Below, one piece after another: positions 47,342-55,897 of a DNA stretch of 64,000 bases. Under the pieces are notes generated by a model. It searched no databases. It worked only from the letters and a program-made list of their open reading frames with translations, and was not told the DNA's origin. The stretch comes from a virus. Positions within the stretch are counted from its first letter, which is position 1, and every line of letters begins with the position of its first letter. Where the stretch lies: the IMG/VR virus record IMGVR_UViG_3300025133_009393; one strand, written 5' to 3'. A program made the translations under genes and the position numbers.

Positions 47342-48169
47342 TTAATTTCCTCTTAGTTTTTTACGTATTGGTTTTTCGCCTTCAGTCACTCGTTTCTCTC
47401 CGTCACCATACGCCAATTCTAGTTCTCTAACGCCTTTTACTAGCTTAATCAAGCCTTGTGGTTCAACAGAAGACATATGATCTGATCCCCATGTCGTACG
47501 ATCAAGGGTTATGTGTCTCTCAATGATAGAGGCGCCTAAATATACCGCAGCGACCGAAGTGCCAAGTCTAAATTCATGTCCACTGTAGCCAACCTCACAA
47601 TTGTATCGCTCTTTTAACGTCTTGATACAGCTAAGATTTAATTCTTCTAGAGGCGCCGGATACGTCGAGTTGCAATGAAGCATCGCAAAATCAGTGCCCT
47701 GCAGTATTTCAACAGCGGCGTCTATTTCTTCCAATGTGCTCATGCCGGTAGATATGATAACTCTTTTGCCGGTTGATGCAGCTGCTTTGAGAAGTTCGTG
47801 ATTTGTTAGCATTGCTGACGGCATTTTGATATATGGTACATCGTACGTCACCAAAAAGTTAAGACTATCTAAATCCCATGGCGAGGCTGTCCAAGCAATT
47901 CCTTTTTCCTTACAATAACGATCGATTTCATCATAATCGTGCCGGCCAAATTCTACCTTATATTTATAATCCAAATAAGTCATTCGACCCCATGGAGTAT
48001 CTCTCATTACTTTCTTCTGATGTTCAGGCACACAGACGTCTGGATTTCTTTTTTGAAATTTAACAGAATCACAACCAGCAACTGCTGCAATGTCTATCAA
48101 ACGCTTGGCAACAGCCAAACTTCCATTATGATTGATGCCTATTTCTGCTATAATATGTGTCTTTTTCAT
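47342..48169 (-). CDS. neuB: N-acetylneuraminate synthase family protein (short form), copy 3
   Basis: IAEIGINHNG, KFQKR, ISTGMS, HCNSTYP, GYSGHE, IERHITLDR...GSDH. Confidence 0.93.
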   Translation of the reverse strand: MKKTHIIAEIGINHNGSLAVAKRLIDIAAVAGCDSVKFQKRNPDVCVPEHQKKVMRDTPWGRMTYLDYKYKVEFGRHDYDEIDRYCKEKGIAWTASPWDLDSLNFLVTYDVPYIKMPSAMLTNHELLKAAASTGKRVIISTGMSTLEEIDAAVEILQGTDFAMLHCNSTYPAPLEELNLSCIKTLKERYNCEVGYSGHEFRLGTSVAAVYLGASIIERHITLDRTTWGSDHMSSVEPQGLIKLVKGVRELELAYGDGEKRVTEGEKPIRKKLRGN

Positions 48170-50232
48170 TATTTCTCCAAATATTTTCTAGGTACATTTT
48201 CGTGTACATGTGAGCCCGGGGCGGCGATATGTAAGTTAATGTTCTTTTCTTTTAGCCACTCATAAAAACTCTTGCTGGCTTCTATGTTCGTTTCGATTTC
48301 TTCATCTCGCATCGGATCTGATCTTCTAACCACATTCGGTACGTTTTCTTCTAAATCATAAAAATGTATTGATTTTGTCTCCCCGGGAGTTTCAAAATCC
48401 CAACCTATAGTATGCACGTTAGAAATACCTAAATGCTCAACTAAATAAAGACCAATTTCATACATCATTCCAGGGCCCCAAAGCCGATCTGTTGTTTTCT
48501 CTAAAACATAATCATCAAAATTTCTAGTAACTGCCAAGCTATGATTAAAGTCTTTGTTTGAGTTGACTATTGGTAAAAATATATCATATTCTTGTTGCTT
48601 TGTCCAGACGTGATTTACCATTACTTCTTCCGGTTCGCCGGCTGTGGCAATAATAACCGGTTGACTTTCTTTATAATCATAGACTTTAAAGTTGTTACAA
48701 TTGAAAAGGTGAAAATCAACTATATCTGGTACATAATCATACGCTTGTTTAATGGCTATTACTAATTTATCTTTCAACTTCTCTCTTAAGAATTCAGGTG
48801 AATAATTTTTGAGGGAAGGACCACAAGATAAAATATAGCAATCTTGACCCTTAAAGCTATCTTTCAATATATCAACCTTCTTTTTTGCATCAGATTGCGA
48901 ATTGATCTTAGATTTTAAAAAGCTAGTTTTAGAATTAGCGCTAGCTTCGATGTCTGATGTGTTGCTTTCTCCATCACCTAAAGTCTTGGCGGCGTTCATA
49001 ACAATTTTAGCCAATCCTTGGCCAATAGTTTTCTGATCCAGCTTAAGACTTTGCATGTGTTCCCAACCTATCCAGCCTTTTTCTTCCAAAGAATCTTGTC
49101 TCCACATTTCATATGCCCTTCTTAATTCTTTTCGAGCGCTTAAAATATGCGGTTCATATAAATTCATATCACAATGATATTCCGGACGAGTTGTATATGG
49201 TTTCCAATGGCCATCAACAAAAAAGGCCGCATTTTGATGTGCGAAATCCATATAGCCTGTGGCGCCGGGGACAAGAACTGGAGTGCGATGCATCAAAGCC
49301 TCCGCAACGGTTAAGCCATAGCCTTCTGCTCTTGTCAAAAGCGCAAATAAATCTGCCCTATTATACAGCCAAGATAATTGATTAAATGGTAAAGTATCTG
49401 TCAATAACATAATATTGGCATTTGACTGTTTTCCAGTTGGTGTAAAAATTTCTGATTTTACCTTCTTAATTTCACCAGCAATCATATTTGTCTGCTGCTG
49501 CATAGGATATCTATCAACAAAATCAGGCATTAAGTTTATATATGTCTTGATAATCAACACTGCGTCTTCATTATTGGCGAATTCCATTGCAAAAGATGAA
49601 ACCAACTTTTCAAAACCCTTTCGCATGGTCCACTGAGACATAGAAAATACGACAAATTTATCTTTTAATACCTCTTCCAAGTTATCGATTGGCCGAGGAT
49701 CAACAATATTGTTGTTCAAAACATAAGGTAAGAGATGACAATCAACGTCGATATCTCTTAAACTGTGTGAATAAACATTTTTATTCCATTCGCACGGCAC
49801 TATTACTGATTCCGTGTTGAGCTGCTTATATACCGTTTTCCAACTATCTGGAAGGGCATCCGCTTCCCAAACAGATATATTGATATTTTTTGTCGAATTG
49901 TGTATAAGTTTAAGGCCGGCTGCCCATACAGGATCTTTTTTAGATTGAAGAAAATACACCATGGGTGCGGGCATTTGCCAGACAGCTAAATATTCATTTT
50001 TGCAAAAGACATCGATCTCTTCTTCTGACTTAAACTCGTACTTCTCAATCAGTCTCTTTTCTTCTTTGGTAATACGATTTGTTTTATCCAGCTCGACAGG
50101 AATCGTATGAATCTTAAAATTAAAAGATCCGGGATTGTCTGTCAAAAAGTCATCAATCGCTTTAAGATAACCTCTAGCAGCCGAAGCATAGCCGCTAGTA
50201 TCGCGATACTGGCTTATAAATACAATATTCAC
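48169..50232 (-). CDS. Fusion of a GT4 glycosyltransferase and a C-terminal Maf/DUF115/GT42-like domain
   Basis: SGYASAAR, WEAD, RKG and EGYGLTVAEA (GT4 E-x7-E). C-terminal CYILSCGPSL...VIAIKQ...HLGISNVHTIGWD...HFY. Confidence 0.8.
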   Translation of the reverse strand: MNIVFISQYRDTSGYASAARGYLKAIDDFLTDNPGSFNFKIHTIPVELDKTNRITKEEKRLIEKYEFKSEEEIDVFCKNEYLAVWQMPAPMVYFLQSKKDPVWAAGLKLIHNSTKNINISVWEADALPDSWKTVYKQLNTESVIVPCEWNKNVYSHSLRDIDVDCHLLPYVLNNNIVDPRPIDNLEEVLKDKFVVFSMSQWTMRKGFEKLVSSFAMEFANNEDAVLIIKTYINLMPDFVDRYPMQQQTNMIAGEIKKVKSEIFTPTGKQSNANIMLLTDTLPFNQLSWLYNRADLFALLTRAEGYGLTVAEALMHRTPVLVPGATGYMDFAHQNAAFFVDGHWKPYTTRPEYHCDMNLYEPHILSARKELRRAYEMWRQDSLEEKGWIGWEHMQSLKLDQKTIGQGLAKIVMNAAKTLGDGESNTSDIEASANSKTSFLKSKINSQSDAKKKVDILKDSFKGQDCYILSCGPSLKNYSPEFLREKLKDKLVIAIKQAYDYVPDIVDFHLFNCNNFKVYDYKESQPVIIATAGEPEEVMVNHVWTKQQEYDIFLPIVNSNKDFNHSLAVTRNFDDYVLEKTTDRLWGPGMMYEIGLYLVEHLGISNVHTIGWDFETPGETKSIHFYDLEENVPNVVRRSDPMRDEEIETNIEASKSFYEWLKEKNINLHIAAPGSHVHENVPRKYLEK

Positions 50233-50233
50233 C

Positions 50234-51541
50234 CTACACCATCATAAATCTTGTATTGTTTTCTTGGTTGATCTGGGGTGTGTTAGAGACAACCACGTCC
50301 TCATTATAACATGCACTTATGGTATCGTTGACTTTCTGGTACATCTCTTCTTTCGTAAAACTCTTTACGATCCATTTCTTTAATTCAGTAGCCTGTTTTT
50401 TAAATCTACCGTAATCTTTGTAGACATCGCTCATTCTGTTCCTATACGATTTCTCTTCGGGGTAGCACCACATTGAATCAGCTACAACAACGCCTTCCCA
50501 TACTGCTTCCCTGGCAACCGGTCTTATAGTATAGTCGATCCGCGAAAACATAGCTTTATTTTTTACTTTACCTTTTTTGTTCTTTGTCGGCTTATATAAA
50601 AAGTCAACGTGACCACTCCAATCTGGAGCTATGACTGGCAGTCCATAGTAAGCAGCTTCGAATATTGGCAAGCCAAACCCTTCTCCATGCGTCGTCGTGA
50701 CGTAAGCTTTGACTTTTCGATTCGTATACAAAGATTTCATCTGTTCTTCGCTTAATTCGCCATGAAGAAGGTAGACTTTACACTTCCTATCGGGTGCTTT
50801 TCTGTTCACAATATCTTGAATTGCTCCAGATAAAGATATTCTGTCTAATAAATTATTTTTAACAACATTAGATTTTACTATCAATCCAACGTCTTCTTGA
50901 TCGTGGAACTCTTTTATAAAACCAAGCACTGTGGCTTCTAAGTTTTTTCTAGCTCCCCATTGCGCAACGGTCAAGAAATTAAAACTAGTTTTTAAATCCA
51001 AATCAATTTTAGATGTCTCTAGATCTTTAACAGGATAGTGGATTACATCAAACGGAGTAGACGTTTTAAAATTGGGAATTTTCTCACCCGTTTGTTTGTT
51101 TGTTACGCTATAGCTCGTATTTTGATAAGTATCTTTCGAGTGATTAGATACCACAATAATCCTATCCATCATGTTTGCGCGTTCGATCCACAATGGAGCA
51201 ACTTTTGTAGTCTCAATTCCTGCAGTTACGCCTATGTTGACTTTTGCCATCTTTTCCCATTCATTAGGAATCGTAACTTGTAGTGATAAATCATATTCAA
51301 CTGGCGTGTTATTTTTTTCGCTGTCTTGATGATAATTTATAGTCTTGTTTAAAATTGAATCAATATATTCTCGCTCTTCCGAGGCTTCATGAATCCACCC
51401 AGTCTTTCCCCAATTAACAGCCAGAGCATGTATATCATACTTTTCTTCCTGGCTTCTCAAAGCGCGAAGAATAAATCTTGCATGCTCACCGTAGCCGCTT
51501 CTTGTCAAGAGCGGCCCTCTTAAAATAACTCTCTTTTTCAT
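50234..51541 (-). CDS. GT4-family glycosyltransferase
   Basis: RSGYGEHAR, RKN, HGEGFGLPIFEA...PVIA...WSGH. Start at ATG 51541 (ATGA overlap). Confidence 0.9.
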   Translation of the reverse strand: MKKRVILRGPLLTRSGYGEHARFILRALRSQEEKYDIHALAVNWGKTGWIHEASEEREYIDSILNKTINYHQDSEKNNTPVEYDLSLQVTIPNEWEKMAKVNIGVTAGIETTKVAPLWIERANMMDRIIVVSNHSKDTYQNTSYSVTNKQTGEKIPNFKTSTPFDVIHYPVKDLETSKIDLDLKTSFNFLTVAQWGARKNLEATVLGFIKEFHDQEDVGLIVKSNVVKNNLLDRISLSGAIQDIVNRKAPDRKCKVYLLHGELSEEQMKSLYTNRKVKAYVTTTHGEGFGLPIFEAAYYGLPVIAPDWSGHVDFLYKPTKNKKGKVKNKAMFSRIDYTIRPVAREAVWEGVVVADSMWCYPEEKSYRNRMSDVYKDYGRFKKQATELKKWIVKSFTKEEMYQKVNDTISACYNEDVVVSNTPQINQENNTRFMMV

Positions 51542-52806
51542 TTCATCTCCATTAATTTCCAAGATTGGTATTTCTTGCGTGTTTCCCAAGAGCCATATGT
51601 TTTGTGAATATCAGTTAAAGTTTTATCCCAAGATTTACAGAAATTTTCAAAATTGTAATTCTCCAACACATGCTCGCGGCCGAGACGGCCTAACTCTTCT
51701 CTCTCTTCTTTCGTCATATTATATATTTTTTCTAACGCTCCCACAACCTGCTCTTCACTCTGTCTATCCTCATAAATCCAAGGAATCTCCTGAGAGCCGA
51801 TAATAGCTCTGGAAGCCGGAGTGAGGCCAACACCAAACCATTCTTCTCCGTCTGTAACTTGCTCTTGAAGGCCGCCTGTCATGTTAACAATAATTGGAGT
51901 TTCACACGAGAGAGATTCTAAAGTGGAAAGACCAAAACCTTCGGCATCAGATATATTTATTGTACAATCTGCTATATTGTACAGACTGGCCATGGCTTCA
52001 TCCGGCAGTTTATCTTGCGAAAATCTAACTTGACCATCTGTGATGCCCAACTCTTCGATGATAGCAACTAAGTCTTGTCCATTTGGATCTTTTACATCTG
52101 TATGCATTAGCAATATTGCTTTATCATGCCCGACTTTATCCAAGAACTTCTTAAACCAAAAGATCAAAGAGCCGCTTTGTTTTCTTCTAGCGTTACGATT
52201 GTTCCAGAAGAAAATTAGCTTCTCACTATCTTCTTCATCGAAATGAGCTTCTTTAAACTTTTTGGTCTGCTCAGAATCTAGTTTTTTAAACAATTCTGTA
52301 TCGACCGAATGGGGCAAATGCCTAACATCTAATTCTGGCGAAACCGTACGTACGATATCGTCTGTTACTTTTGAAATTGTCACGACTACATCAGATGAAT
52401 CATACCAAACTTTATTGAATTTTGGATAAGGATAGTTATCCCATACGTGATAATATACCATGGGCACCAGAGGCCTAATTTCATTTTCAATTTCCCACAG
52501 CCAGGCAAAAAATCTAGGATCTGTCATAAACCAAATCATATCCGGACGCTCGGTCCTCAAAACAGAACGAATCATATCTTGAGTACCATAACTATCAACA
52601 GGATATATTCTCCAGTCTTCTCCAAATTCCTCTGTGGTGACAGGGGTATAATCACGGTGTTTAATTGCGCCACCAAAGCTTATAAATTGATACTTACCAG
52701 TTCTAAGCATCGCCTGAATCATATTCTTTGTTTGTATCCCGACGCCCGAAGGAGAGAGGGGATGATCACTTATAGTGAAAATTTTAATTTTCTTTACCTT
52801 TTCCAT
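51538..52806 (-). CDS. GT4-family glycosyltransferase
   Basis: SDHPLSPSGVG, NRNARRK, AEGFGLSTLESL...TPII...TGGL. Start at ATG 52806 after GAGGA. Confidence 0.9.
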   Translation of the reverse strand: MEKVKKIKIFTISDHPLSPSGVGIQTKNMIQAMLRTGKYQFISFGGAIKHRDYTPVTTEEFGEDWRIYPVDSYGTQDMIRSVLRTERPDMIWFMTDPRFFAWLWEIENEIRPLVPMVYYHVWDNYPYPKFNKVWYDSSDVVVTISKVTDDIVRTVSPELDVRHLPHSVDTELFKKLDSEQTKKFKEAHFDEEDSEKLIFFWNNRNARRKQSGSLIFWFKKFLDKVGHDKAILLMHTDVKDPNGQDLVAIIEELGITDGQVRFSQDKLPDEAMASLYNIADCTINISDAEGFGLSTLESLSCETPIIVNMTGGLQEQVTDGEEWFGVGLTPASRAIIGSQEIPWIYEDRQSEEQVVGALEKIYNMTKEEREELGRLGREHVLENYNFENFCKSWDKTLTDIHKTYGSWETRKKYQSWKLMEMK

Positions 52807-52817
52807 ATTTTCCTCTT

Positions 52818-53804
52818 TTAGCGGCAAAATTTTGTTTCTTTCTCAAAATCGCGGTCATACATCATGATCGCCAATTGTTTGAAAGAAACTTCAGGTTGCC
52901 AACCCAATATTCTTTTAGCCTTCGAAGAATCTCCCCAAAGTTTTGGCACTTCACAAGGCCTATAAAACTTAGGATCAATTACTACATGGTCTGAGGCATT
53001 CAAACCAGCATAATTGAAGACATAGTGTAGAAAGTCATCTACTGAATTTGCTTGACCGGTAGAAATAACATAATCATCCGGCTCTGTATGCTGAAGCATC
53101 AAATGCATAGCTTTTACATAGTCCCCTGCGAAGCCCCAATCTCTTTTGGCCTCTAGGTTGCCTAGGCGCAACTCGTCCTGCAAACCTAGCTTAATTCGGG
53201 CTGCAGCCTTTGTTATCTTTCTAGTAACGAAATTCTCGCCTCTTCTTGGCGATTCATGATTAAATAGAATTCCAGAACTAGCGAATATTCCATAAGATTT
53301 TCTGTACGTGGCCACTAAATGATGAGCGGCTAATTTAGCACAGGCGTACGGAGACACCGGCGAAAAAGCAGTATTCTCATTCTGCGGGCACTTAATATTA
53401 TCTCCAAACATCTCAGATGTGGATGCTTGGTAAAATTTCATATTTATATCTATATTTCTTATAGATTCTAATATATTAAGAGCGCCAAGAGAATTAATCT
53501 CGACAGTAGACAAGGGGGATCTAAAAGATTGTCCAACATGACTTTGTGCTGCCAAATTGTAAATCTCTTGTGGCCTATATTTGGTAAGTAAGTTCTGGAT
53601 AGATGACATATCAGTTATATCACCCTCTTCTAGAATCAATCTTTCGTTATCTTTAATGGTAACTAGATTGCTTAATTTACCCTTCTCTGGGCATACAGTT
53701 CTTCTTAAAAGACCAACAACAGTATAGTCATTTTCTATTAAGTGTTCAGCTAAATATGAACCATCTTGACCATTGATTCCGGTCACTAAAGCTACTTTTT
53801 CCAA
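52818..53804 (-). CDS. gmd: GDP-mannose 4,6-dehydratase
   Basis: ALVTGINGQDGSYLAE, YNLAAQSHV, FYQASTSEMFG, SPYACAK, GILFNHESPRRG..FVTRKIT, LGNL.AKRDWG. TTG start. Confidence 0.95.
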   Translation of the reverse strand: MEKVALVTGINGQDGSYLAEHLIENDYTVVGLLRRTVCPEKGKLSNLVTIKDNERLILEEGDITDMSSIQNLLTKYRPQEIYNLAAQSHVGQSFRSPLSTVEINSLGALNILESIRNIDINMKFYQASTSEMFGDNIKCPQNENTAFSPVSPYACAKLAAHHLVATYRKSYGIFASSGILFNHESPRRGENFVTRKITKAAARIKLGLQDELRLGNLEAKRDWGFAGDYVKAMHLMLQHTEPDDYVISTGQANSVDDFLHYVFNYAGLNASDHVVIDPKFYRPCEVPKLWGDSSKAKRILGWQPEVSFKQLAIMMYDRDFEKETKFCR

Positions 53805-53816
53805 TTTATACCTATA

Positions 53817-54581
53817 TTATTTACAATGTTTGGTTTTATAAAATTCGCACCCATAGCCTCGTGTACAGGAGAGACGATTTTTAACAAATTTACTTCTCCC
53901 TATATTATACAATGCTTTGTCCAATAAGTTAAGTACATTTTGTGTTTTCTTCGCTCCGCTTGTCACGCGAAATATTTCAACTACATCTTTCTTTGCTGTT
54001 CTTTTTAGGAGAGCAAAATGTGTTTCAACATCTTTTGGATCAATAGAGTGCTTTTTTGCAAAAAAGTGTTTATAAAGCGTTAATTGGTAAGTGGTCATAC
54101 TATCAGATTTTCTTTTTGAATCCCACCCCCATGAACAAGTCTTCCAATCAATTACATGGTATTTGCCGTTTGCCTTAATGACAAGATCTACATAACCTTT
54201 AAATTTTGGATCATGATTGTCTATGTCTTCATAAAGCATCTCCTCTGTTGAAACCACTTCATATTTACCAAAATATGAATCAAGAGCAGGAAGCATTCTC
54301 TCTATCAACAGAGGTGCTTGTTTAAACATGTTTTTAATCAAATCTCTACTTTCGTCAATATCAAGCTCTTTAAGCCTAGACGAAAATTGATCATTAAACA
54401 TATCAACCGGATTTTCTACATTCTCTACTAAAAGCTTTTCTGCAACATTATGCAGTGCAGTGCCAAAAGCAGTATACTCATTTCCGTCAAATACATTAAC
54501 ACGATCAATATATGCTAATTTTTGTTTATACGGACACTCACTCCAAGTTTTTAACTCAGAAAACGAAATATGTTCTCGCAT
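53817..54581 (-). CDS. PD-(D/E)XK nuclease, Cas4/AddB-like, with probable Fe-S cysteines
   Basis: ISFS...CP, GTALH, GYVDL, IDWKT, QLTLY, and C-terminal C..C..C. Confidence 0.85.
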   Translation of the reverse strand: MREHISFSELKTWSECPYKQKLAYIDRVNVFDGNEYTAFGTALHNVAEKLLVENVENPVDMFNDQFSSRLKELDIDESRDLIKNMFKQAPLLIERMLPALDSYFGKYEVVSTEEMLYEDIDNHDPKFKGYVDLVIKANGKYHVIDWKTCSWGWDSKRKSDSMTTYQLTLYKHFFAKKHSIDPKDVETHFALLKRTAKKDVVEIFRVTSGAKKTQNVLNLLDKALYNIGRSKFVKNRLSCTRGYGCEFYKTKHCK

Positions 54582-54887
54582 CTATCCCTCGGTCTTTGTA
54601 TCTGTTTTTGCAACTACTTTTGTCGGCGTGCTTTTTTTAGTTTTTTTAGTTGTAGTCTTTTTTTCTACTGCAGAAAAAACCCATTGTGCTGTTAGCTGAT
54701 TCGGATTAGTATTCCATAATTCAGTCGGCTGTAAGCATTCTCCAACTTGTGTCTTCTTTTCTTGCAAAGCTAATTTAACGTCTTCTGTCGTTACAAGAAC
54801 GCGACGACCTCTAGTAGTTTTTATAGAAGGTACTGTAACTGTTACCACGAGTGTATTACCTTTTTTTTCAATTGAATCAATATTCAT
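54582..54887 (-). CDS. Hypothetical protein with Lys/Thr-rich tail
   Basis: GGAGG RBS before ATG 54887; operonic. Confidence 0.65.
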   Translation of the reverse strand: MNIDSIEKKGNTLVVTVTVPSIKTTRGRRVLVTTEDVKLALQEKKTQVGECLQPTELWNTNPNQLTAQWVFSAVEKKTTTKKTKKSTPTKVVAKTDTKTEG

Positions 54888-55557
54888 CTTTTTCCTCCAT
54901 GTTATATATAGTATCAATCTTTTGATATAATTTAGGACTTATATTATTTAAATATTTTCTGTCTCCCAGAACATATTCTTCAAATCCATTGGCGAAATAC
55001 TCTCTTAAAGAAGTAGCTCCATAAGCAGAGGCAAACAAGCCTTCAGTTAGGGCATTCAAAATAGGATAGCCTACAACTTGATAAAAAAAGCTATCTAATT
55101 TTTCTGAGTATTCTGGGTTGAGAAAATCATATGTCTCAATATCATAATTGTGATGTTTTATCAAGCTTCTTAATCGCACTCTTTTTCCTAAAAATTCCTC
55201 TTCGATCGAAGAATCGGAATAAATTTCGTCCTTAAAGTTCTCTTCTAGCGCATGAGATATCTCATGCACAATATCATCTAATATGCTTTCTTGATCATCT
55301 TGATCGCTATTCACATATATTGCGCGCTCATCGTAAAGAGCGCTTATATTTCTTTCCTCAAAGAAAGAAAATCTGCCAACATATATAGCGTCAATCAGAC
55401 TTAACATATATCTTGGAACTAGGCTTTCTATTACCTGTGTGATATATCCCAAATCAACTTCTTTTGGAAGGGGATTAATGATCATTATCGGCTTGTTATA
55501 AACCTTGTACCCTTGCGCGCTTTTTAAAATACTTTCTTTGATATAATTTTTAATCAT
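54877..55557 (-). CDS. Putative zinc metallopeptidase (HExxH)
   Basis: IVHEISHALE and a downstream Y...EYFA..F third-ligand motif. Confidence 0.6.
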   Translation of the reverse strand: MIKNYIKESILKSAQGYKVYNKPIMIINPLPKEVDLGYITQVIESLVPRYMLSLIDAIYVGRFSFFEERNISALYDERAIYVNSDQDDQESILDDIVHEISHALEENFKDEIYSDSSIEEEFLGKRVRLRSLIKHHNYDIETYDFLNPEYSEKLDSFFYQVVGYPILNALTEGLFASAYGATSLREYFANGFEEYVLGDRKYLNNISPKLYQKIDTIYNMEEKDEY

Positions 55558-55813
55558 TCTCTGTGTTTTGTTTTATCTCGCGTGCAGTTTCGACATCTGC
55601 CATTGCTTGCTGATATCCTAAAATCCAATTTTCTTCTGCCAAGGCTAATAAAAACTCTGGAAATTCTCTTGCCATAACTTCAACAATCATCTCTATGTTG
55701 ACATTAGAATCATTTGGATTTAGTTTTTCTCCAACATATTCTACTAACATGTTTTTCAGATCGTTTTCTGGCTCTATTGTTTCTTTTAATGTAGGGTTTT
55801 CTACCAAGTCCAT
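55550..55813 (-). CDS. Hypothetical protein
   Basis: GGAGG RBS before ATG 55813 (the ORF track starts at TTG 55825). Confidence 0.65.
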   Translation of the reverse strand: MDLVENPTLKETIEPENDLKNMLVEYVGEKLNPNDSNVNIEMIVEVMAREFPEFLLALAEENWILGYQQAMADVETAREIKQNTEND

Positions 55814-55897
55814 CTTTTCCTCCAATATATTTCATATCAACTGCGATTATGAACATTATTAATAATATAATAACCAAATACATAGTTGTAAATAGTA

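Noticed and set aside
34000-53804. Bacterial capsule/O-antigen locus (host chromosome or chimeric contig)
   Set aside because: No flippase, polymerase or export genes; seamless gene packing with phage genes on both sides; same GCCGGC signature. Not fully excluded without reads.
53817-54581. Cas4-like nuclease as part of a CRISPR-Cas system
   Set aside because: No repeat-spacer array or other cas genes seen; stand-alone Cas4-like nucleases are common in phages.
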